A stretch of DNA of 49,462 nucleotides, filler included, from Bipalium vagum (lineage: Eukaryota), in the NCBI GenBank assembly GCA_037834085.1. It is 3 parts of 3 records of this genome, joined end to end, with 100 filler letters (N's around TTAATTAATTAA, not from the genome) between each part and the next. Parts side by side here need not be neighbours in the genome. Positions count along the whole stretch, not along the records: positions 33,454 to 49,462 come from JBBMKC010132823.1; 2 more parts are not named here. One strand, written 5' to 3'. Shown here piece after piece: positions 36,182 to 49,462 of this stretch (its first letter is position 1; each line of letters opens with the position of its first letter). Position numbers and translations under genes: made by a program. Under the pieces are notes generated by a model, which worked only from the letters and a program-made list of their open reading frames with translations, searched no databases and was not told the DNA's origin.

Positions 36182-39100
36182 ATGAATAGAGAATTGTCAG
36201 ATCAAAATTTTGATTACATGTTCAAATTGCTCTTGATAGGCAACTCTTCGGTGGGAAAAACATCATTTCTTTTTCGTTATGCTGACAATTGTTTTTCATC
36301 TGCATTTATTGCAACTGTTGGAATTGATTTCAAAGTGAAAACGGTTTTCAGACAAGACAAGCGAGTTAAACTTCAGATTTGGGTAAATTTAAAAAAAACA
36401 TCGAAATAACATTTTATCAACATTGATTTTCAATGCTTACAAACAGGATACTGCTGGTCAAGAAAGATATCGAACAATTACGACTGCTTATTATCGAGGT
36501 GCAATGGGATTTATACTTATGTACGATGTTACGAATGAAGAATCTTTCAATGCTGTCCACGACTGGTAAGTCAGATGGTTTTTTTCCTCTTATGGTGATT
36601 TCGTTTAGGCTGATGCAAATCAAAACCTATTCGTGGGACAATGCTCAGGTCATACTGGTTGGCAATAAATGTGATTTAGATACTGAGAAGGTTATTTCCA
36701 CAACTCGAGGTCGTCAGCTTGCTGATCAATTAGGTAATATGTGTTGTTTTGTATCAATTATTTTAATTAAGAATTATTCTTATGTATTTATCATTATTTT
36801 CTTTGTACTGGGAAATTTGAAATTCAGAAATAATGATTATTTTTTGTTTTAATATCGCTTTTTTTGAAAAATGGAAATGCTACTTTGAATAATTATATAA
36901 GTAAGTTTTTCTTGTCAGACAACTATAAAATCGTTTTGGTAGGCATATTTATAATCTCAATAAATATCTGAGTTTCTTAACGGATTTTATTATGTATAGA
37001 ATTTTTTCACAATTCCGAGGTAAAGATCAATAAGAAATATATTAAAATGTTAATTTTTTTAATCAATTAATATACTTTACTATAATCATTCTTTCTTTTC
37101 GTTTTTAGCTCAGTTGTTAACTTAATAATAATCGGTGAAATTTGGATAAAATACAGAGGGTACAATTTTTGTTTTAATAGATTACTTTATTTGTAATAAA
37201 TAATATATACTTATTAAATTGTTACTTCATTCATGATTTCAGTTAACATCAATAAAGTTTTGATATTAATGTGATTCTTTTTACAAATTTTGTTAACAAA
37301 AACAGTTTTGATGAATATTTTAGTCACAGAAACACTTGTAATGCCTGTGAAATAAATATATATTTATCAGCTTTGTTTATCGTTTTCAAAATTTTATTAT
37401 TAATGAAAACAGTTTGAAAAATTGTACAAGATTATTATTTTTATTATTTCAAACAAACTTAAAATTTTGGTATTTCATCCAATTGAAAACTTTGATAGTT
37501 CAAATATTCTATTTCCATTTTAACTTATGATGTTAATATTAATTTTATTCACAAATTGGCTCACTGATATTGTGGTATAAGATTATTGAAAGGATTTTAT
37601 TAATGTGAATTAATATATTTTATTAAATTGGCAAAGAAAAATTAAGTTTGTTTTGAAAATAGAAAATCAACAACCGCCTTACCCTTATGTGCATATTGTG
37701 ATTGTTCTAATTGTTAATCAAGAGTTTGAGGTGAAATACTTAATATAGTTTTCTAATTTGTTTTCATTCATACACGTGTTAAAATTTCATTTCAAACGAT
37801 TCACAATTTCCTATATTGTATCCAAGATATCTGATACCACAAGTTGGTTAAAGGTTCATGTGCAGTTAAAATTGGAATGATATAGCTGCAGTTTTAATTA
37901 CATTTATCTTTGTTATGGTACATGCTTAGGTTTAATAATTGTTAATTAAGTTCATTATTTGTATAGACAAATTTTAATATCATAATTTTTTTCAAAAATG
38001 TTACGTTACAATTCAAAAGATTAAACGTTAATCATTATGGAATTAAATAAATTCAATAAGTAATTTAATTAATGATTAAATATTTAGATTATTTTTAGAT
38101 AATCGATTTTCATTTAAAATAAAAATTATTTATTCTGTTTTGTAATATCTATATGAATATTTTTTATCATTTCTTTTTTTATAAAAATAAAAATTTTCAG
38201 TCACATTTTTCAGTATTTTATTTTTTATGTCTATCTCATTTTTGCTTTTGTTTCATATATTTTACCTCACCCGATTAAATTTCCGAGATCTCAAACTTTT
38301 TATATTTCTTTCTTAATAAATTCTTATAATAATCTTTAGCTTATGAAAAAAAACTATAAAGAGTTAATTAATTTAATAATTTTTCTTTTTGTTTATATTA
38401 ATACACATTTATTAATAATATTTACAATTAGTGAATAAGAGAATTCAGAAATAATTTTCAAGAAAAATAATAATATGATAATAAACCACGAGGAATGACT
38501 TTTGGTGTTAAGATTAAATATTAATAATATATTTAAAAGATATTAAAATTATAAATATAAAATAGATTTTTTGTTTTGTTTTAAATAACTGTGGAATTGT
38601 TAAGTGTTGTTTTATCAAAAGTTGGACATATTGTTCCAAAAAGAAAATAATTTATTTATTCAAAATATGTTCTCAAACTTTCAGCACAGCTATACTAACT
38701 TTTTGGTTGTAATTTGATTATTCCATAGGTGGAAAAGCCAATTAAAACAATATCGATGAAATTGTAACAGTTTCTAAGTCCAGAATTTGAGCAGTGTTGT
38801 CTAAGAAAAAAAAAATTAATCTCTTTTGGTTAACTTTTTGTCAAAATGTTTAAATTATACATCCTTCATACAGCTGTACTAGGTAATCACATCAAAAGAA
38901 TGTGTTATCGATTTTTGACATAAATCCTATAGTTTACGAATTGATATATTAAATTAAATTAAACTAATCAATATTAGACAAAATATTGATTATTTAATTT
39001 CACTTTTTAAAGCTCTTTTTTCATGAAATATACTCTAAATTTTGAATAGAAAATAATGATCAGTGAATGTCAAAGATTAATTCGAAAGTGAAGTCTATTG

Positions 39101-42100
39101 GAAAAATATTGTCACTGCTAACTTTTTATGAAGCTGTCCAGGGCTTAAGTGATATTGCTTTTTTTTCCAAAGTGTAGAAAACATAATCACTTCAGAATAA
39201 TTTCAAAGTAAAGTGGAGTTTGAATCATTATTTACTACGAGATAATCGAAGTAATTTCTAAAATAAATATTGAAAAACATTTTTACTTTCAAATGCATTT
39301 TTATAAGACAAGGTTTTGTTTTAATTACTTTACAAATAAAATGACAATTTTATTCATCATCACATGGGAAATTTTGATTTTAACCAACATTAAACGGAAT
39401 TATTGGATATGGAACTGTCACTCTATGATAGAATTTAATTTTAATGGTAACTCTGTTAAAAAAAACAAATTATGTATATGTTCTCTAAAAATTTATCAAT
39501 GGAATGAGTTAAGATATTAGAAAGTTTTATTTTTATTTATAATCGAATACAATACCCCTAGCGTATGCCGTCACACCACATGTTTTTTTATCAAAACTCT
39601 GTCATACGTTATTATTAGATATTTTGTAAATTTCCTAGATAAGATATGTCTGTAATTTTATATTTGAGTCAGTTTTCAAAGTATTACTATCGTATCGTGA
39701 TAAATGTATTCTAAAATTAAGTGGTTCACAATATATTTTATTGAAAAACTATTCCCTCGATTTCCACGATATTTATTTATTTTCTAAATAACGTATTAGT
39801 TAGTTATGGGTGTACATTGTATTGAAGTTCTGTGAGATCTTCAAAATAAATGGATCGTAATATAATAATAATAATAATAAAATAATAATAATAATAATAA
39901 AATAAAATAATAATAATAATAATAATAATAATTAATAATAATAATAATAGTTAGCAGCGATATCAACAAATTCAGTCATATTTTGAACAATATTTTTTTT
40001 AATGCTTTTCAAAACAAAAATACTTAAACAAATTTTACATTCTTAAAAAATTAATATATTGTACCATTAAAACTTAAAATAAAAATTATTTTAAAATAAA
40101 TATTAAAATTAAATTAAAAGAATATTAAAATTAAATTTACAGTTAACTAAAACTTTTAATTATGCACAATATAAAAATTTAAAAATTAGAAATCAGTTTA
40201 AATACTCGCAATAATAATAATAAAAATAAAAATAAAAATAAAAAATAATAATAAATAATATCATGATAGAAATCTAATCAAAAACCCACTGAATTCGTTA
40301 AAATTCTGACGAGAAAACATAAATGGTAAAGGCAAAATTTCTATTTTTATCAAATTAATCCAATATTGAAACTTGGAATTCAGAAGAGATAATTATTTGT
40401 TTTTCTATCATCCAGGAATTACGAGATCAATTGAAACTTGATATTAATATTTCCAATTTCGGCATTATTTCCAACAAAAAAAGTCGGAACTAACAATTAC
40501 TGTAAATATTCACAATTTTAACAGATTGCTGTTAGAAATTAAAAGATCTGTCTTATTTTCAGTATAGTAATTGATTATTTCCTTTCTCTGATAGATAAAA
40601 TTTACAAATTAAATTATTAATACAATAGAAGATTGTCCCGACAATCTTCTTTTCGTATTTTTCGTTTTATTATAATATTTTTACAGTTCATCATAAAAAA
40701 TTAATCGATGTGTTTTGAGTTAATAGTTTTCTAAAGCCTCAGTAAAAAAGATTATTGATATAATATATAAAACTTCTAACAGCGAAAAACTTTTTTATTG
40801 ATTAAGAAAACTAATGATATTTGAAGTATGATTCGTTCGTATAGAGAATTTTACCACCATATTTTCAATTTCACATAAAAGCTTCCAATAAAAGATTTCC
40901 ACAACATATATTGATTTTCATATTTTTGTAGTTTTAGGATAAAAATTTCCCTTTACAAAGTTGAAAAATATTTTAAATTTTGATTTCTACGATAGTTTTG
41001 ACTTATTTAAAATTATTTAGCATTTATTTTACCTAATTGGAAATCAATGAAAGGTTTATCATATTGGTTAAGATTAAATTAATGAATGATATTGGTGGTA
41101 CCATCATTATTAGGTATAGTCAAGAGTTTTAAACTTATTACTCAATAATTAGTAGTCTTGCTTTATAACCTCTTTATAACCTGTTTTAATTAAATCTAAT
41201 TTAATTTTAATTAAATTAAATTTAATCAAATCACATTGATTGTACAAGGGTATTTCAAAAAAACTGAAATTTTAAATTGTCTGCCATTTCGGAAACAAAA
41301 GCATAATAAATATTTTCCTTTAACTGTTATTAGTAACATTAATATTTAAACTTGAAAAATAAACAATCAAGCAATGTCATATGGATGTGAGTGATATCTG
41401 GTCACACTACAAAGGAAAATGTACAGTTATTACCTAGAAAATATAAGAGTCTTATTTTCTCGGATTGAGGCAACGTGAATTGGCTCTTTGGATCGTGCGA
41501 CATCACCAGACACGTTTCCCTAAGAGTATCTTAGATATGAAGCCTATGCAACCTGAAAGAAAAGCAAGACAATTTCTGAAATAATGGTGATTTCGAACAG
41601 ATTATAAACAGTTTTTAATTTTGTAAAAATGAATGTGTAAATAGAAATAGAATGTAAATTGAAATGACGTTTCTTCTTTTGAAACATGTTATAGAGAATA
41701 TCCTAATCTCATCATCCTATAAATTATCTTTCCTATGTTAGCGAAAATGAATAATAGACCAGTTCTTTTAATATTTAATAGATGAAGATTTCAGAGATAT
41801 CTCCCAATCTGAAATTATTTAATATTCATCTAAAAGCACTGAAACAAAATGTCAAAAAGGTGTGAAAGAAATATTTAGATAAAATAGAAGTAACCATAGT
41901 TTAGTTTTCTAAAATTAGTAATGATACTGATAACGAGAAAAAATTTTTTGAATTTCAATTTTATTTACTTTATTTATTTATTTTTTAAAATATTTTTTGA
42001 ATCCTTTAATTATAATATTAAATATTTACGCTTGAGTATAATAAGAGGACTTAATGAATTATAATAATGAATTATAACCAATATAAATTAAATATAACCC

Positions 42101-44677
42101 ATTTTAAAAATTATATTTGCTTTACTAAACATACTTAGTTTACAACCCACTTACTATAAACCATATTCCAATCTCATTAACCACCTACTTTCTTTGGTAA
42201 ATTTATTAAACTTAATGAAAATCTTAAATATTAAAATTTGAATAAATAAATACCAAAATGAAAATAAGGGAAGAATTTTCAAATATTTCATAAATTTTTC
42301 ATTAGACATTTTATTTTAGAAATGCAAAAAATAACACAATGAATGAATTATAATTAAAATAATAATATAAGAAATTCTTATCAAGAAAAATCAATTATAT
42401 TTTAAAATTCAATAGACGGAACAATAGATTGAACAATTTAATAAATTAAAAAAGATTAAAGTTAAATTAATTTTTTTCATGATTTGACGTTNNNNNNNNN
42501 NNNNNNNNNNNNNNNNNNNNNNNNNNNNNNNNNNNNNNNNNNNNNNNNNNNNNNNNNNNNNNNNNNNNNNNNNNNNNNNNNNNNNNNNNNNNNNNNNNNN
42601 NNNNNNNNNNNNNNNNNNNNNNNNNNNNNNNNNNNNNNNNNNNNNNNNNNNNNNNNNNNNNNNNNNNNNNNNNNNNNNNNNNNNNNNNNNNNNNNNAAAT
42701 ATGAATTTATATATATTATAAAATGCTTACTACAAATGGTCTATTATGTAAATCAATAAAAATGTAAAAATACTCTTCAACTTAATTAATAATTCTAAGG
42801 AGTTTTGGTTGTTCCTAAAATGGATATGTAGTAAATTCGAAGTATTTTTCTGAGAATTATAAAAATCAAAAACAAAGCGAAGAATTCAACAAAAATATTG
42901 TCAAAAATATTATTAAATGATATGGATAATGGTTTCTAATTAAAATATTATTTCTAGAAATTTTTAATTATTTCTAATTAATTATTTCAAACCAGATCTG
43001 TAGAATATTGATTTATGTTATATTATATTTTATATTCTATAAATAAAATTATTATTGATTTTTTAATGATTAAGTATTTTCGTTATTGGTGTTTTAGACC
43101 TTAGGTCGGTGGTTTTAGGACTTAGTCTACTTACAGATTTTTTTGTAGATTCAAACATTTGGGTTTAACCTTTAATAATTGAATTAATTTGTCAAAAAAA
43201 TTTTCAATTTTTTTTAATGAGGGTAATTTTAAGTATTTAAATTATTAATTTTTTCCTTCGTTTTTTGCTACTTAACTTTATTATTTCAAATAGGTTTTAC
43301 AATGTACTTAAAAATTAAACTGTTAGTTTTTTTCATGTGGGAATTTCAGTCCAGTAAAGAACATTGTACTTAGTCCTAAATATTTATGAGAATAATGACA
43401 CGTTTGAATACTTGGAATCAGTCTTAATAAAGTAAATTATTTTCTCTTTTTAAGTTTGATTTATCGATTTTTTTAAAAAATATTAAAAAAATCTTAGTTA
43501 ACGAAATAAATTTTAAAGAAAAATATTTTTATTACAATGAATTCAGAAAATGTTCAGCTTTGTACTATTACAAAAATTGTACAGTATTAAAATTTTTGCT
43601 TTCACTTGAAACTCAATGTTGAAAAATTTGGTGAAAAAATTCAAATAATATTCGAAGTGAAAATATTATGAAAATATGTGAATCATACAACGGTCGCAGC
43701 TATCAGCATTGAAAGAATTGAGGAAAAGAATGCAGAAAAAGATCCAATACTAGTTTTCAAAGTGTTAACAAACATCAGGGTGACCGATAACGTCTGTTAA
43801 ATTAAACAGTTTGACCAGCATAATTTAGTTTTGCTACATCTTCATGTCATTGCTATATTCAGAAAAATCGATCAATGAATACCGTATGATCTGTTCAAAA
43901 ACACTGAACTGTAGTAAATTAAAATAAACATTTTGGTGATCATTTAAAAAAAAATTGATACCAGTTATAATTTTTTAATTAACAATTTAATCCTGCTTAA
44001 TTAAAAGATTCCAATATCTACGAAATGAATGGTTTTGTTTAACAAGAATGGGGACAGTATTAATAATAATTCCTTGTGAATGATTAATATAAAAAAATTA
44101 ATTAATTTAAATAAAAAATGTTACGACTGGAGAGGAAGCATAGCATATGGGCTATCTTAACATACAATTAAGTAATTCGAAAATTTATATTAAGCAAATT
44201 AATTATTATTTTAATTCTTAATTATAATATTATTCAAAATGCATGATATAACTTGTACCTTTCTTAAGAATTCTCTTGTACTTGTAATGAATTTCTTATA
44301 GAAAATTGAAATCAAAATTTAGACTTTCATTAAATTGAACCATAGGAATTCGAACATAATTCGATTTTCAATTTCACCGTAATAATAATAATATTTTTCA
44401 ATGAATTTAAATTTGCTGATAAACCTTATTAAAATTGTTGAAGGAAACTGAGTAAGAAAGTGTTGGGATAATGTTTTGTTGTGATGTTGTTTTGTTGTTT
44501 GTCACATATTTACTATTAAAATTAATAAATTGTTGCTAGGTGTGGAATTCTTTGAGTCTTCGGCAAAAGAAAATATCAACGTAAAAATTGTGTTTGAAAC
44601 TTTAGTCGATGTAATTTGTATAAAAATGATGGAAAGTATAGAAGGTGAGCCTTATTTAGCGAATGGAGGAGTAAAAG
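36182..44677 (+). CDS. Rab3: Rab3 small GTPase; terminal prenylation exon not found in the window
   Basis: Exons 36182-36382 ([52 protein letters not shown]), 36447-36565 ([27 protein letters not shown]), 36609-36733 ([20 protein letters not shown]) and 44540-44677 ([27 protein letters not shown]). All phases are compatible. Confidence 0.95.
39862..39949. repeat. Imperfect (AAT)n microsatellite
   Basis: AAT run interrupted by AAAAT units. Confidence 0.9.
42492..42696. other. Assembly gap (205 N) inside Rab3 intron 3
   Basis: Directly visible. Rab3 exons on both sides are in the correct order and phase, which supports the join. Confidence 0.95.
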
Positions 44678-44878
44678 GTAATATTTGTTCGACAAATGAA
44701 TGAAAAAAAACATTAAAATTTATAATTGCTAGTCGGATCAATATTTTAATTTATAAAATCTGTGCATGTTGGATGTTGTGTATTAATTATGATTTACCCT
44801 TTAATATTTTTACAGAATTTCATTTTAATCATAAATAATAATAATAATATTAAAAAAATTATATTTATGTTAATAATA

Positions 44879-46046
44879 TTGATTTCGTGAAAAGTTAATA
44901 AAACGAAAATGAAACACGAGTTTTTTTATTGAAATTGATTTTAATTTTGAACATAGTCTCCTAACAATTAAACATACTTAGTCAAATTCTTCTCCAATAA
45001 ATTTATGCCTTTTTTGAAGTTCGATTCTGAGGGTCTGTAAAATATTGTTGTACGGCTGCCTTAGGTTCTTCGTTTGATGAAAAACACTTCCATCGAAGAA
45101 ACTGTTTTAGGTTTCTCTAAGGGTAAAAATCACTCAGAGCCAAATCTGACGAATAAAGTTAATGTTCAAACAAATAATAATTTATTGATTTAAGTCATTG
45201 ATTTTTTCCATTAAAAACACTTGTGAAAGTGCATTATTTTAATTAAAATTGTTTTTTTCTTTTGTAAGCCAGGCCTCTTAATAATTTCATCAATCTAATC
45301 TATAGCCTTGTATAGCATTCAGAGTTACCAGTTTTGCCTTTTTTATAATTTTTTAGTGTTTTGGAAATAAGCATCTACTTTCAATCTACTTGAAGTTCTC
45401 GTTTCAATTTAGGATCATGGTTGTAAATCCAAGTTTCGTCCATAATTATGAAACGAAAGTTTTATTGAAAAACCAAAATGGTGTTCACAAATTTCCTTCC
45501 TAAAGAGCTTTTGTTGAATTGTTAAGGAATGCAACATCATTTTTCCAAATAATTTTTCCATATACAAATCCTCTTTTAAAATAAGACGAATTCGTTCGTC
45601 TGAAATAACAATAATTTTGGTAATTTCACGCGTACTCAGGTTTGGAATTTTATGTACAATTTCATGAATTTGTAAAACGATTCCCGTTGTTGAAGCACTT
45701 TTAGGTCGTCCACCTCGCTCATCATCTGTTCTACCAGGTTTTGATTCTAAAACCCATCGATCTACTACCATAAAAAATAAAGCTGCAGATCCTTCTAATA
45801 ATTTAAAATTTTTAATGTGAATTTCTGACACAATTTATTATTCCAGGATCCAAAATTTGATATTGAATTTTCCCCATTCTAAAAATGAAAAGACAAATTC
45901 AAACATGTGCTAAACACTAATAAAGTGATTGATTTAAACAAAACATTAAATGGGCTTTGTTGAAATATGATATATTAAAGAAGCATATCAATATTTATTC
46001 TTAGACTGTTTTAGGTTAAGGGTTTCATAATTTTTCACGTAACCCG
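44879..46046 (-). mobile_element. Defective mariner (irritans/Himar-like)
   Basis: GRTDDERGGRPKSASTT..IHEIV..STREI..ISDERIRLILKEDLYMEKL, FIIMDETWIY, YSSDLALSD. Degenerate TIRs share CGTGAAAA and have TA flanks. Confidence 0.8.
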
Positions 46047-46107
46047 TAACACAAATACAGAACTTGAATAATATGTTCTTCAATTTTAGAATGGTCTCCA
46101 TTTAATA

Positions 46108-47271
46108 TTTGGTGTGTGAATAAATAACCGGAATTTTTTGAAGAAATAATTAAGAAGAAAAAACTAAAGCTAATATTTAAAACACATATGTTTTGTTAGA
46201 CGTATTGTCCATCAGTTGCCACTACTTCCTCCCATCTTTCAGATAGGCTACGGATTCCTTCTTTCAAAAATTTCCTGATTTTTTGAGGAGATCCAAGAAT
46301 CGAACCATTTTATGGTGTCATCATAAGAATGATACTGCTGGCTACCTAGACTATGCGACATGGAACGAAACAGGTAGTAATCCGAAGAAGCGATATCTGG
46401 AGAATACGGCGGGTGATATAAGATTTCCCATCCAAGGGTTTCTATGAATGTAGAAGCTAGTTTCGAATCATGCGACCGAGCATTGTCATGAAATTTTATT
46501 TTATCATGCCTTTCGGCATAATATGGCCGTTTATCCTTTATTTCTTGGCTTAAATGCATCAATTGGAGTTCATAGTGATCTCCTTTGATTGTTTCGTTTG
46601 GTAGCAAAAACTCATAATACCTAACTGATCCCACCAAATGGATAGCATGAACTTTAGACTATGAATGTTTCTCTTGGCCGTCGATGTAGAAATATCGCCG
46701 GGCTCTCACGATGATAATTTCTGTTACAATGCGATGCAAGAAAGATTTTCGTCTTTGACGTTGAAGCAATTGTTCTCAGATACACAAACGACGTTCTACA
46801 TCTCTCTGTCTCAATTCGTATGGCACCCATCATTACCATTGCTTGTAAGCGTTTGGCCACGGTAGAACAATCGACTCCCAATGATATTGACATTTGGTCT
46901 TGCGTTTGACATGAATCTTGGGTGAGCAAAGTCTTCAAGTCTTTATCATCAAACGTTTTTGGACGCACAAATCGATCATCGTCCTTAATGTTGAAATCAT
47001 CACCTTTTTTGAACGGATGAAACAATTTAAAACATTTTGTTTTTGACAAAGCATCTTTCCCATATGTTTTCTCTAATAAACGGTGACTCTCAGCAACAGT
47101 CTTCTTTGTGAAAAAGTACCCTAACAAAACTTCCCGTAAATGCTGCTTTCTCCAATTTTCAAAATGTTGCATCCTAGATTAGCTAAAGGAGAATATTTAA
47201 ACAAATCATTCTTACATTTAAATATGATAGATTTGATAAATAGAATTCCGGTTCTTTATTCACACACCTAA
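46108..47271 (-). mobile_element. Near-complete Mos1-like mariner, frameshifted and internally deleted
   Basis: 28-bp TIRs (TTTGGTGTGTGAATAAATAACCGGAATT versus TTAGGTGTGTGAATAAAGAACCGGAATT, 2 mismatches) with TA TSD. ORFs HLREVLLGYFFTKKTVAESHRLL.. and HDNARSH..GWEILYHPPYSPDIASSDYYLFRSMSH. Confidence 0.92.
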
Positions 47272-47636
47272 TATATTCAATATATGCTCAATATAAACTT
47301 GGCAGTAGAAATTAGTGATTTAGAACGTATTAAAAATTAACATGTTACAAAATTTATTGATTTATTTTAAATGCTATATTTAATTAAGGAAATGATTTTT
47401 CAAAATTTTTTTATGAGAATGAAAATATATATTATAAAATATAATATAACAATATTTTTGAATAATTTTAATAATGAAAATATTTATATAAATAAATGTA
47501 AAAAATTAATAAATGATTGAAGATTAAAATATAATAATAATCAATTCAAGAAATCTAATATTGTTTAGCTATTGGTCATTTTATTATTTGAACTTATTGC
47601 TAAAAATTTTTTTTGAATGCCTCATATTTTTATGGA

Positions 47637-48720
47637 TTAGGTGCTCCGAAAAGAAATAGGTGTGCAAAAGCAAAGTTTTAAAATAACATTTAATACAAAA
47701 TATCAAATTATTTTGTATTCACCATCATTATCGACAATCATCTGCCATTTCTCCATCAAGAACTGGATACCACCGGTAAAAAATTTAGCATACTTTTCTT
47801 CATTAAAGATTGCAAGCTCGATTTTACCTCATCACTTTTGACAAACCTTTTACTTTTAAGGAATTCCTACAAAGATTGAAAAAGATAATCTTGTGACGAG
47901 ATCTCATGGTTAAAAGCTGTGTGAGGCAACATTTACAATCAAACTCACTGATCTTTTGTTAAGTAATTTTGGATGTACAGCCTAGCTTTATCGAGATGAA
48001 GATTAACACATTTTCTATTGACTAAATATAAGCGAATTTGCAAGGATTGTGTCAATAGTTTGCTTATAATCAAGCACCTCTCAATGTACAATTCCCTTCT
48101 AGTCGTACTATACACACAACAAACACCTTAGTCGTCTTATTGGTCTATCTGTAGTTTGAATTGAAGTCTGTTCTGTAAAGATGCAATAGACGATGATAAT
48201 CAAGGTTCTCATATAGAATTCACATTTCATCGAAAGTGACAATTTTCTTTAAAAATGGTTCTAGCTTATTAGATTTGCATTTGAAATAAAATTCCTCATA
48301 GACATCTATTAATTTCATAAATTGTGTGTAACCCATATTCCAGCTCTATATGGCTTCCCAATAAGGTGCAAATGATCACGGACGATCTGCTCATCACATT
48401 GGATATTTCTGATACGGTTTACCTGAGATCCGATTCGATCAACTGTCATACAGTTTCATTAACAAGAATCGATGGTGAAGCAGTTTTAGAGAAGTTTGCC
48501 TGGCTTCTACCACCATTTCTGAATCGATTGAACCATACCTTCTATTGAGTCTTATTTAATGCATTCTTACAATAAATTACTTTCCAAGAAGAGCTTTTAA
48601 TCAAATTTATATAGTAGACAGTATCTAATGTGTCTTATCTGCATCCATATTTTGATATTTAAAACTGTATCCAGTAACGATACTATTCAAACAAATAATC
48701 CAGCTAATTATTAAACCTAG
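47637..48720 (-). mobile_element. Defective mariner
   Basis: Interrupted translation: MDADKTH..WFNRFRNG..EPFLKKIVTFDEM..YYRLLHL..FFTGGIQFLMEKWQMIVDNDGEY. Confidence 0.8.
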
Positions 48721-49462
48721 TTTTATTAATAAGAAGCTAATTTTTATCAAATAATTGTGATATAAATGGTACTTGCAAAGTCGACGGTTTCTTTTAGGAG
48801 CACTTAATTTAGGTTGTTACTTCAGAAATTATATATATGTATATATAGATTTTTACAGAAATAAAAATAAGTTCTGTGTTAAAACAAAGTTTCGTCATGA
48901 GTATTAATACACTAATTCAAACACGCCATTCAACCAACCTTTAGATGTGCATAAATCATGTTTTTCATAAAATTCTGATAACAGAAGAAAAATCTTTGGA
49001 TAACATTTTTAATCTCTCCTTAGTTTTTATAAAATTTCAAAGAATGAATTGATTTCGTTACATTTTTCGGAAATATAAGGTCTAGCATTTTTTTGTATTG
49101 AGGTTGAGAACTTTTCAGTTTCACAATATGGAATACTTATCTTTAGGTTTGCATGTTGTTCGTTAATATATTGGCATCAAGAAATAATATATTACATCAT
49201 AAAATCCTGCCAAACAGTTATCGACAGCTTCTTTCAATGAAAAGAGGAGATTTTGGAACAGATTTTATGAGTTTATTACTTTTTCTTTATTAATTTTTAA
49301 AAAAGCAAACATGATTCAAAAATTCTAACAATTAATAAAAACATGCAAATTTCTTAATTTGTCCCCAATATATACATAAATAAATAACCTATAAATAAAT
49401 TTTATAATTTGCTTGATCATTACTAAAATATATTCGGCTTTTGTTTTACTGATAATTTTCTC

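Noticed and set aside
717-48548. Most remaining 60-90 aa ORFs in the supplied track
   Set aside because: They are low-complexity I/L/F/N/K translations of AT-rich introns, or alternative-frame and antisense shadows of real exons and transposases.

Overview
Very AT-rich animal (invertebrate) genomic DNA with GT-AG introns of two size classes: 39-85 nt and 1-8 kb. The taxon cannot be fixed from sequence alone. Spliced genes reconstructed by eye: a MAK/ICK(CILK1)/DYF-5 family kinase (minus, 207-8591), the 3' part of an Axin (minus, 11316-14990), a small unknown spliced ORF (minus, 23464-23861) head-to-head with a divergent netrin (plus, 24306-~30.7 kb), and Rab3 (plus, 36182->44677, last exon not found). 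Introns and intergenic DNA hold many decayed Tc1/mariner and Tigger/pogo remnants, a mariner-type MITE, a hAT-like element with a perfect 8-bp TSD, (AAT)n microsatellites and three assembly gaps. Main finding: the kinase exon encoding HRD-DFG-TDY (catalytic loop to activation segment) is present as two intact, anciently diverged 133-nt copies that can only be used mutually exclusively, with candidate Rbfox and Nova motifs beside them. Second: the netrin has its V-2 arginine patch charge-reversed, has lost both cysteines of one disulfide, and has no visible NTR domain.
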